DNA of 64,000 nucleotides from the NCBI RefSeq assembly GCF_009914755.1, contig NC_060947.1; one strand, written 5' to 3'. Below the pieces are notes generated by a model. The model did no database searches, was not told where the DNA came from, and saw only the letters and a list, made by a program, of their open reading frames with translations. Position numbers and translations under genes: made by a program. Position 1 is the stretch's first letter; every line of letters begins with the position of its first letter. Source of the stretch: the human T2T-CHM13v2.0 reference genome, Homo sapiens. Positions 47,900 to 59,329 of this stretch are shown piece after piece.

Positions 47900-48400
47900 T
47901 TTGCGCCTCAGGGTCCCCCTCCCCCTCTGCCCTGTTCCAGACACCTATTCTCATTCCCGCACTCCTACCCCTGGCGTCCTGCTAGCTGGTCTGGCTTCCT
48001 TCCCTCTGGAAAAAGGCAAATTATTCAATAAAGGGAGGATGAGTCCTAGCTCATCCCCACTTCTTGTCTCCTGCCGGGTGTTCAAATACAACTTACCACG
48101 CAGTCACCGCCATCCAACTGCATGTCACTCTCCACTTCGCCACGGTCTGAACTCTTGGCCACAAGATCTAAGCCTTCCGGATGCCCCAGCCAGTTCAGGC
48201 TGCTGGTCTCTTGTCCCTAAGCCTTTGCCGAGGTAGTCGGCTTACTTGATGCCAGCACACCAGGCCCCCCACCACCCGCTGGAAGCACAGGCCCCAGCTC
48301 AGGTCAGGTTCCGGAACCTAGCGTCCCCAGGTTCTCACGTGACTTAGTTTCCCAGGCAATAGCGCTTTTCTCCCGGATGTAGCAGTCAGCTGAAATGGAG
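47900..48400 (-). promoter_or_regulatory. Putative promoter and first non-coding exon (weak CpG/GC-rich unique island)
   Basis: The only non-repeat CpG-retaining patch I found in the window. Palindrome AGGTTCCGGAACCT 48306-48319, E-box TCACGTGAC 48335-48343, X-box-like GTTTCCCAGGCAAT 48347-48360, ETS CCGGATGT 48373-48380, minus-strand donor CAA|GTAAG at 48246/48245. Confidence 0.6.
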
Positions 48401-49369
48401 AGAGTGCTTCTTAAAGTTAACCCTCAAACCACCATGGCCAGTGAATGCAGAATAAGCCCGCTGAGAGTTTCGTCTATTTCTATGGCATTATGCTGGAAAT
48501 TATAAAGAAAAGGGATGAAAAAAACTGGAGACTTTTCACCAACAACAACATACAGATCTGTATTATTAGGATTCTTAAAATGAGTATGTGTTGTTTTTAT
48601 AATTAAACTAACAAAAGGAAAATAAATAATGATGAATAATTAAAGCGGGATTATGTATACAACAAAACCGTATGATTACAACAGCACCTTATGTAGCTTT
48701 GAAAATAGGTAATGCTTCATGAGAGAAGTTATAGCAGTGTGCAAATATCAATTCAGACCTTAAACAAGAAGAATATACACACCAAAAGAGATTTCTTTAA
48801 ACAAAATCTATGCTGTATGTGCCCTATGATTGTCACAGGGCTTAGAACCTGATATTCGGCTATGCATTCCTGTCAGAAAGAGCATGTTGCAGCCATGTCA
48901 GAACCAACCAAGGTCAAGAATTTCTTGTGACCAGTCGTGAAGTCCCTGAAGCAAGAAACAGAGAAACCCATGCTGGTAAGAAATGAAGAGACTCAGACCC
49001 TGCAGAAAGATTAAGAATAGCGATCGAAGACGTTAACTTGGTTGCAATCTGGCTCTGCCCTTTACAAAGTTATGCGACCTTTTTCATCTGTTAATTGCTT
49101 GTTGTAAATATTAAATTAAACAAGTCAATGTGTATAAGGCATTTAAAACAATGTCTGGCAGTGAGAAGACCTATTTGATAAATAAATAAAATATGGACAC
49201 AGACATTGCAGCATAGGAATCCCTCAATCAGGAATCCTAGGTCTCCAAGAACACTGGTGATACTAATTTAGCTGTACAAGAAGGAGGTGTCCTGTGTGGG
49301 TGACATAAATATTTCAGGGTTTGGAGAGAAACATTCCTACATTTTTTATTTAAGAAAACAACACACCAA

Positions 49370-49600
49370 GGTTGTTTAGAAAGGCAGAGTGGACTCTGAA
49401 TCCATGCAGCCTAGATTTGGATCCTAGCTCTGCTATTATCTGCGTTATTAGCTCAAGTTATTTAAGCCTTCTGTGCCTCAGTTTCCCCATAGGTAAAATA
49501 AGGATAACAGTACTAATTTCATAGGTTTGTTGTGAGACAGTAACATATTAAATAAACTTACAACGACTGCCACATAAGTACTATATAAATATTGATTAAA
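49370..49600 (+). mobile_element. MIR
   Basis: gcctagatttggatcctagctctgct...caagttatttaagccttctgtgcctcagtttccccat...gtaaaataaggataa. Confidence 0.8.
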
Positions 49601-49892
49601 AGTAGTAATAAGAGACAAAAAATATTGGAAAATTAAGAAGTAAACCCACAAGGAACTACTGTCTCAGCCTAAAGTAAATCAAATACATGACCACTGCCAG
49701 AGACCTTGTCAAGGTATTTCAGATAAGAAAATCTTGTCCAATGATGTTATCGTGAAGCTGATAAGATTGTAATGTCCTTGGAAAACAAAGGTAAGCCCCT
49801 CAGAAATCTAGAACAAGTATGCTTACAACATAAAGTGTAATCCAACCTGACTAAGATGGGGAAATGATAACCTGAGCTACTAGAGTTGGAGC

Positions 49893-50145
49893 TGGGGCCA
49901 GTGAACTACAGCTCAAGGGCCAAAGCTTGTCTACTATCTGTTTTTGTTTGATCAGAGGACAAATAATTATTTTTACATATATAAGTGGTTAAAAAATTAA
50001 GAAACAAATATTTCATGACATGTACAAATTATATAAAATTTAAATTTAAATGTTCAAAAATAAAGTTTTATTGGAACACAAACACATTCATTTATATATT
50101 GTCTATGTCTACATTTACACTATAATGACAGTGTTCAGTACTTAA
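49893..50145. mobile_element. MER58-like hAT-Charlie DNA element
   Basis: aactacagctcaagggccaaa...aaataaagttttattggaacaca...cattcattta. Confidence 0.7.
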
Positions 50146-50977
50146 ATTAGACATTAGAGCAACAACATAAAAGGATTTTAGGTCTCTGTTACCGTGGAGT
50201 CATCACACCGACCATGGATAAATTATCCTCAGACTGTCACATATTATTTTGAGTATTTTTATAGCAGTTGAATTAATCTGTATTCTGACCTGTACAGAGT
50301 ACAGGCAAGTTTATACAATTGATTTGGCTTTCTAGATGAATGGGTTTAGATGATATTTATTTAAAGCTTTGCAAGATTCTGCTCAAAGCAATTCAGCCCA
50401 AATTCATCAACTACAAATTAGTCATTTTAAAAATCATTTTCGTGAGTTTTGTTCCAAAAGCGATAAAAATGACTAATCACCTAAAATACCCTAGTATTAC
50501 TAAATTATTCTCTACCTCATGTTGTTTTATATACAAGATTAATTGCAAAACCTTAGCCATCAAAATTTTCAGTGAGAAACACATGTAATATTAACATAAT
50601 GAAATAATTACCATTGTTATATTTAACAATTTGTAAAACAATCCCAAGTTTGTTTAAACCTATAATGGTTTCTGCAAAGAAAGGCCCCAAGACAGTCACT
50701 AAGGCATGCAGTAGGTGTTAACTAAAGACTTGACTGACCTGATTTCCTGGGTGTGTAATCATTTCTACAATAAGTAGGTACCATGTAGGGTGAGGTGGTC
50801 GTAAAGCGGAATGTTTGCCTATTATACCTAGATAGCTATCCATGTGTGACTGATAACCAGATAGTCGAGGGAAGATAATTATCCCCCTTCTGAAAGAAGT
50901 ATGAAAGATTCACTAAGCAAGTAATCAGATAAAAATTAAAACCAGAAAAAAATAATATATCCACATACTACATTTTT

Positions 50978-52594
50978 CAGCTAGATCTAACGAAAGAATT
51001 GGGGTTGTAATAATTTTGTAGATTTAATTTTTTTTAAGTTTTACTTTAAGTTCTGGGATACATGTGCAGAAAGTGCAGTTTTGTTACATAGGTATACATG
51101 TGCCATGGTGCTCTGCTGAACCTATCAACCCATCATCTAGGTTTTAAGCCCCACATGCATTAGGTATTTGTCCTAATGCTCTCCCTCCCATTTGCCCCCA
51201 CCCCCTGGCAGGCCCTGGTGTGTGATGTTCCCCTCCCTGTGTCCATGTGTTCTAATTGTTCAACTTCCACTTATGAGTGAGAACATGCATGTTTGGTTTT
51301 CTGTTCCTGTGTTAGTTTGCTGGGAATGGTGGCTTCCAGCTTAATCAATGTCCCTGCAAAGGACATGAACTCATCCTTTTTTATGGTTGCATAGTATTCT
51401 ATGGTGTATATGTGCCACATTTTCTTTATCCAGTCTATCATTGATGAGCATTTGGGTTGGTTCCAAGTCTTTGCTATGGTAAATAGAGCTGCAATAAATA
51501 TATGTGTGCAGGTGTCTTTATAGTAGAAATGATTTCTAATCCTTTGGTTATATACCCAGTAATGGGATTGCTGGGTCAAATGGTATTTCTGGTTCTAGAT
51601 CCTTGAGGAATCACCACACTGTCTTCCACAATGGTTGAACTAATTTACACTGCCACTAACAGTGTAAAAGTGTCCCTATTTCTCCATATGCTCTCCAGCA
51701 TCTGTTGTTTCCTGACTTTTTAATGATCACCATTCTAACTGGCGTGAGATGGTATCTCACTGTGGTTTTGATTTGCATTTCTCTAATGACCAGTGATGAT
51801 GAGCTTTTTTTTCATGTTTGTTGCCTGCATAAATGTCGCCTTTTGAGAAGTGCCTGTTCATATCCTTTGCCTACTTTGTGATGGGGTTGTTTTTTTTCTT
51901 GTAAATTTGTTTAAGTTCTTTGTCGATTCTGGATATTAGCCCTTTGTTAGATGGATAGATTGCAAAAATTTTCTCTCATTCTATAGGTTGCCTGTTCACT
52001 CTGATGATAGTTTATTTTCCCATGCAGAAGCTCTTTAGTTTAATTATATCCCATTTGTCAGTTTTTGCTTTTGTTGCCATTACTTTTGGTGTTTTAGTTA
52101 TGAAGTGTTTGCCCATGCCTATGTTCTGAATGGTATTGCCTAGGTTTTCTTCTATGGTTTTTATGGTTTTAGGTTTTATGTTTAAGTCTTTAATGCATCT
52201 TGAGTTCATTTTCATATGAGTTGTAAGGAAGGTGCCCAGTTTCAGTTTCCTGCATATGGCTAGTCAGTTTTCCCAACACCATTCATTAAATTGAGAATCC
52301 TTTCTCCATTGCTTTTGTCAGGTTTGTCAAAGATCAGATAGTTGTAGATGAGTGGCATTATTTCTGAGGCCTCTGTTCTCTTCCATTTGTCTATGTATCT
52401 GTTTTGGTACCAGCACCATGCTGTTTTGGTTACTGTAGCCTTGTAGTATAGTTTGAAGTCAAGTAGTGTGATGCCTCCAGCTTTGTTCTTTTTGCTTGGG
52501 ATTGTCTTGGCTATATGGGCTCCTTATTAAATAGGGAATCCTTTCCCCATTGCTTGCTTTTGTCAGGTTTGTCAAAGATCAGATGGTTGTAGAT
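50978..52594 (-). mobile_element. 5'-truncated L1PA8-like LINE-1 with a 3' transduction and an acquired internal tract
   Basis: TSD ATCCACATACTACAT at 50959-50973 and 52593-52607. L1 body 51023-52594 with L1PA8-type 3'UTR. Confidence 0.9.
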
Positions 52595-52644
52595 CCACAT
52601 ACTACATATTTTTTAAGGCAAAAGTTATTAAAAACCTCTACTGT

Positions 52645-55600
52645 AGAAGAATCACATCAGCAAAATGGTAGAGTAGGTAGCTTTAAGTTTGTATCTGCCC
52701 ACAAAATCTCTGAAAAATAATTAGGAACTGTCAGAACCAACTTTGTAAAAACCCTGGGAAATAGTCAAAGGTTTACAGCCAAGCAAATGCTGAAATAAAA
52801 ATGATAAAAATCAAAAAGACAGGAAGATTTTTGGCATTTTTACTTGCTCTTTCCACCTTCTTCCATGGCACAGTAGCAGTCTTGAAGAGGGAAGCCCACA
52901 TGCCCAGACTAGGACCCTGATCCCTGGTTCCAGAAGGAGCAGAAAATACTTTGTTTGCAAATTATTTTGTTCCAATTTGTCTGGGGGCTAACTTAAGGAT
53001 TAAAACAAGGTGTTCATCTTTGCCTTTACTAACCTGGAACTCAGGCCAGAAAAGCAGTGGGCAATGCTTAAAACACCACCAACTGAACCCAAAGGCTCCT
53101 GAAACAAAGATTATAGTTGAGACATGCACTATATTATCTACAGCCTGAAAGCAAAACCTAGGAAGAGTTTCTCTGTAAAATATTTGAAAACAATAACATT
53201 TATGAGTAATTTAAAAGATGATGCACATGCCCCAGGAAAGAGACATATGCAGAAAACACCAGGGAAGTTTTCACATTGGGCTGATCCCTGGGCTGAGTGA
53301 AAACCTGGCTAAGTGTTAAAGAAGTGCCCAGGCACAGAACTAATCTACCAAGATTGGGGGGTGGGGGTTTGTTTTTTTTTTAGCTCCTCACATTCAAGGA
53401 GAGCTCTATCAATACACTAGCTGAACTCAAGCAAAGAAACAGAGACTTCAGTGACCGCACAAATCAAGGAATATAGTCCTTACAAAAAAAAAATTCTCGG
53501 AAAATCACTAATCAAATGACTGTCACAATCTTCAACAATCAGAAAAATAACAAACCCTAGGAAAGGGGGAGGATCTGATTTGCAGAGATACAACATTATA
53601 ATATTCAAGTGACTAGTTTTCAACAAGAAAAGACAAGGCATACAAAGGAACAGCAAAGTTTGGCCCATTCAAGGGAACACCATAAATTGAGAGAATTTAT
53701 CTTTGAGGCAGCCAATGTAGATCTACTAGAAAAAGACTTTAAAATAACTCTCTTAAATATGCATAAAAAGCTAAATAAAAACATGGAAAAATAACTACAT
53801 TAAATTAGAGAAATAATGTATGACCCAAATGAGAATATCAATGATGTGACAGACACTATAAAAACAAATAAAAATTGTGATGTGAAAAACTACCATAACT
53901 GAAAGAAAAGTTATTAAAAGTAGATTTAAACAAGCAGAATCAGTGAACCTAAAATAGGACAATTGAAATTGAGTTTGAGGAGCAGACAGAAAAAAATGAA
54001 GAAAAGTGAATAAAGCCTAAGAGGCTTGCAGGATGCCATCAAGCAGACAAACATATGCATCAGGAGAATAATAATAAGAGAAGAGGGAGATAGGGTAAAA
54101 GAATATTTGAAGAAATAGCCAAAAACTTGCCAAATTTGATGAAAGACATGAATCTATGAATTCACAAACCTCAAAAAATCCAAATAAGATAAACTTAAAT
54201 AAACACCATGAGACATATTATAATCAAACATGTAAAGTCAATAACAGAATCTTGAAAGGAACAAAATAGAAGAGACTCATCATGTAAATGGATCTTAAAT
54301 AAGATAATCAGCTGATTTCTCTGCAGAAGTCTTGAAGCTGAGAAGACAGTGGAATCATATATTTAATGTGCTGAAAGAAAAGCAAATGGTTGACTAAGTA
54401 TTCTATGTTCAGCAAAACTATCCTTCAAAAAATTAGAGAAGTTAAGACATTCCCAGAAAAACAAATGCTGGACTAGTTCATTACCATTGCATTTGCCCTA
54501 CATAAAATGCTGATGAGAGTCCTTCAGACTGAAATGAAAGAACTCTAGATAATAAATCAAATTCATATGAAAACATAAAATTTTCTAGTAAAGATAAATA
54601 TATGAGCAAATATAAAAGCCAATATTGTATTTTTGCTTTGTAACTTCAGTTTAAAATTTTTTTTCTACAGAATTTTAAGGACAATTAAATATAAATGTAT
54701 ATTATTGGGTCATAATGTATAAAGATATAATTTATAAAAATCACAACATAAAAAAGGGATAGAATGGAAATTTTAGGAGCATAGTTTGTATATGCTTTGG
54801 AAGTTCAGTGAGTAACAATTTGAACTAGATTGTTATAAATTTAGGATGTTAAATGTCATTTATATGCCAAACAAAATTGTTTGATTTAAAAATTATATGC
54901 AACAGAATGAGAAGAAAATCAAAATGCTTTACTACAAAAAAACAAGTAAACACAACAGATGTCAATAATGGAAAAATAAAGACCAAAAAATGTATAAGAC
55001 AAACTTAGAATCAGTATCAAATGCAGATATAAGTTCTTTCCAATTAGTAACTACTTTAAATGAAAATTAATTAAAATTTTCAATCAAAAGGCAGACAAAG
55101 GCAAAATGGGTTTACATTTAAAAATGATCAAACTATATCCTCTCTACAAGAAACTCACTTTAGATCCAAGGACACATTTAAGTTGAAAGTAAAAAGATAG
55201 AAAAATACACTCCATTCAAACAGTAATGAAAACAGATCTGTGGTCACTATATTAATGTTAGACAAAGCAGAATTCAAGTGAAAAATTGTTATGAGAGGAA
55301 AAGAAGGACAATATACATACATAAAGTGGTGAATTCATGAAGGTATAACAATTATAATCATACAAGCACTAAATAACAGACTCCCAAAGTATATGACACC
55401 CTCACATTGCCAGAATTGCAGGTACAAATAGATAGCTGTGCAGTAAGAAATTAATAGTGAAAGAAGACTTGAACAACAGTATAAATCAACTAGCCCTAAA
55501 AAACATACTCAGACTACTAAACTTGAAAACAGCAGAACACACATTCTTCTCAAGTGCACAAGAAGAATTCTCCAGGAAGAACCATATGTTAGGCCAAAAA

Positions 55601-58600
55601 ATAAGTACCATTAAGTTTTGAAATGTCGAAGTCACACAAAGTATCTTTATCAACAACAGTGAGATAAGGCTAGAAATCAGTAACAGAAGGAAAGCTGGAA
55701 AATTTACAAATATGTGGAGATTAAACAATACACCCTTAAATCATCAAAGTATTAAAAGAGAAATAACCAGAATAATTTACATATACATAGAAAAGAATTA
55801 AAATGAAAACATAGCATACAAAAACTTTAGGGATGCAACCAAAGCAGTGCTCAGAGGAAAATCTGTACTTTAAATTACTATATTAAGAAAGAAGAACAAT
55901 GTCATGTTAATAATCTAACTTTACACCTTGAGGCACTAAAAGTAGGGAGGCTGAGGCAGTGAGACAACTTGAGATCAGGAGATCGAGACCAGCCTGGCCA
56001 ACATGGTGAAACCCCCGTCTCTACCAAAAATACAAAAATTAGCCAGGCATGGTGGCAGGCACCTGTAATCCCAGGTACTCAGAAGGCTGAGACAGGAGAA
56101 TCGCTTGAACCTGGGAGGTGGAGGTTGCAGTGAGCCATTGCACTCCAGCCTGGGTGACAAGGTGAGACTACATCTCAACAAAAAAAAAAAAAAAAAAAAA
56201 AAAAAAGATCAGAGTCAATTGTTGGTTCCTTAAAAAGATAAAAATTGACAACACATTATAGACCATAGAAAGATAAAATTGATTATATGGGAAAACTAAA
56301 AACAATTGTATGCCAACAAATTAGATAATGTAGATAAAATTGACAAATTCATGGAAAAACACAAGTTGCTGAATCTGACTCAAGAAGTATGGAATTTGAA
56401 TATACCTATAAGAGATAAAGAGATTGAATCAGTACTCAAAAACTTTTCCATAAAGAAAAGCCCAGTTTATGATCGCATCTCTGGTGAATTCTACCAAACA
56501 CTTAAACAGTTAATAGAAAATCTTCACAAAATTGGCCAAAATTTAGAAGAGAAGGGAAGATTTCTGAATTCATCCTGAGCCCAATATTACACATATACCA
56601 AAACAAATCAGACATTACATGAAATGTTCAAATGTATATCTCACCTAAATACAGATGCACAAATCATCAACTTAATGCCAACAAACTAAGTCCAGCAGCA
56701 TATTAAATGCCAAATGAAATTCTTCTTAGGAAGGCAAAGTTGGCTTAACATCTGATAATCAATTAATGTAATGCATTATATCAGTAGATTAACAAAAAAC
56801 ACAAATGTGCCTCAATGGATGTAGGCAAAACTTTTAATAATATCCAAATTCTTTCATTATAAAATTAGCCAACATAGTAGAAATAAAAATGACTATTGTC
56901 ATCCTGCTAAATGACACATACAAAGAACCCATGGCTAACATCATAACTAATGATAAAAAAACTGAATGTTTTTCTCTGAATTCAGGAACAGGAAAAGGAG
57001 GTCTGCTTTCATTATTTCTATTTTACATTGTACTAGCATCTCTAATAAGATAAATTTGTAGAAATATGAAATAAAAGGCATGTAAAATGGAAAGGAAAAA
57101 ATAAAACTATATCTTCCCTAATTTATAATGACATGATCTGTTATGCAGAAAATCATAAAAAATCGACTAAAGACCTCTTAGATATAATAAATGAGTTTTT
57201 CAAGGTTGCAGGATGTAAGTTCAATACAAAATATTCTATTGTATGTCTATACAGTTGCAATGAACAATCCAGAAATGGAATTAAGGAAAGCAATTCCATT
57301 TACAATACAACGAAAATAAATAAAATACTTAGGAATAAATTTAACAAAAGAACTGAAAAACCAATCATCTGGAAACCACAAAATAATGTTTACAGGAATA
57401 AAAATACCTAAACAAATGAAAAGACATTTTATACTCATTTATTGGAAGAATTAATATTTTCAAGATGGTGATTCACCCCAAAAGGATATACAGACTTGAC
57501 ACAATCCCTAACAAAATTTCACATTGCTTCTTTGCAGATATTGGCAAGCTGATGCTAAAATTTATGTGGAATTTTAAGGGTCCCAAAATAGCAAAAATAA
57601 GCTTGATAAAGAACAAAGTTTGAGTACCCACCTGATATACTGATTTCAAAACTAATTCAAAGTTACAGTAACAAAGACAAGATGCAATTTAAATCAGAGG
57701 AATAGAATTGAGTGTCCAAATATAAGCCTTCACATTTCAGTCAATTTATATCTAAATGCTCTGAAAACAATTTAGTGGGGGGAAAAGAGTTTTTAAAAAA
57801 TGGTGCTAGAGAAACTAGGTATCTATATGCAAAGGAATGAAGTTGAGCTCTTACCTCGTACCATATATATGCTTTTAGTAAAAATGGAACATGGACATGT
57901 ATATAAGGGTTAAAACTATTAAACTCTTTTAAATTATCAAGGTTGTACATTTGGGGTCTTTTGATTAAGGAATGGGTTTATAGACAACGTGCTAAAAGCC
58001 AATAAAAGAGAAATTCTAAAGACAGATACATTTGATTTCATAAAAATTAATAACTTGTGTCCATCAAAGGGAATTAGCACAAAAGTAAAATGGCACACCA
58101 CAGAATGAAAGAAAACATTTGCAAATTATATATGTATATATGTGTGTGTATATGTATATTTGTTTGTGTTTGTATATATAATGTTATATATGGACTTGTG
58201 TCAGGAATATATAAAAATGGTTAGAACTCAATAATTAAAATATAAACTACCAAATACTTAAATGTGCAGAAATCCAAATAGACATATCTCCAAAGAAGAT
58301 ATAAAAATGTTCAAAAACAAAAGAAAAAAATCTCAAAATCATTACATAACAAAGAAATACAAACGAAAATCACAATGTGATACCTCTTTACACTCATTAG
58401 GATGGCTATAATCAAAAAGAAATATAATACCCAGTGATGAGATGGATGGGAAGAAAGTAGAACCCACTTGCACTGCTGGTAGCAATGTAAAATGTTGCAG
58501 CCAGTTTAGACAACGGTTGGGCAGTTCTTTAAAAATTTAAACATATCGTTTCAGTATCACCTTAAATTTCACCCTTGGGTATATACCCAATAGGTATGAA

Positions 58601-59110
58601 ATCATATGTTCCCACAAAAACTTGTACACAAATATTAATACCAGCATTATTTATGGTGGCCAAAAAGTGTCCATCAACTGATGAATGCATAAATAAAATG
58701 TAGTAAAACAATAATATTCAGTAATCAGTATAGATGAATTTATTACTGATACAACTTGGTTGAACCTTAAAAACCTTATGTTAAATAAAGGAAGGAAATA
58801 ACAAATACACGTGGTGTATGATTCTACCTGTATAAAATATCTAGAAAAGCCAAATATGTAGACAGAGAAATGATATTAGTTGTTGCCTAGGGCTTCATTG
58901 GTGGTAAGTGTGCGAGTGTTGAAGGAGAAATAGAGTGTGACTCTGAGTGGTTGTAAGGTTTCTTTTATGGGGAACCAAAATATTATAAAATCAGGCTACA
59001 GTATTGATTGTGCAATCCTGTGGTTGTACTTAATACAAAACAGTATGGTACACTTTAAATAGATTAATTTACAGTATGACATATCTCAATGAAGCTGTCA
59101 TCAAAAAAAA
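52645..59110 (+). mobile_element. Ancient near full-length L1M element (L1MB7/8-like 3' end), possibly composite
   Basis: Old 5'UTR, ORF1-like remnant at about 53600-54550, ORF2-like remnants (56306-56578, 57133-57411), and 3' end catatctcaatgaagctg + A tail. Confidence 0.7.
55944..56206 (+). mobile_element. 5'-truncated AluS (Sx/Sz-like) with a long A tail
   Basis: Starts at gggaggctgagg (first ~40 nt missing), short internal deletion in the right arm, A tail 56178-56206. Confidence 0.85.
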
Positions 59111-59329
59111 TTATTGCAAAATATTTTCAAAATGTTGAGGGAATTTTATGATATGTGGGCATCCTGCCCTTTAGAAAGAATGTTCTCTGTAGGTAGTAAC
59201 CACCTGTTACAAACACTGGATGCAATAATATTTTCAAGCATAGGGAATATTTATTTTAAGACCCATAAACAATTTTTTAGAAGCATTATCTGTAAAACAT
59301 GTTTATAACATCTGTATAGCTTGAAATTA

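Noticed and set aside
47901-48236. 111-aa plus-strand ORF at the GC-rich patch
   Set aside because: TTG start, Pro/Ser-rich composition explained by GC content, and no recognisable homology.
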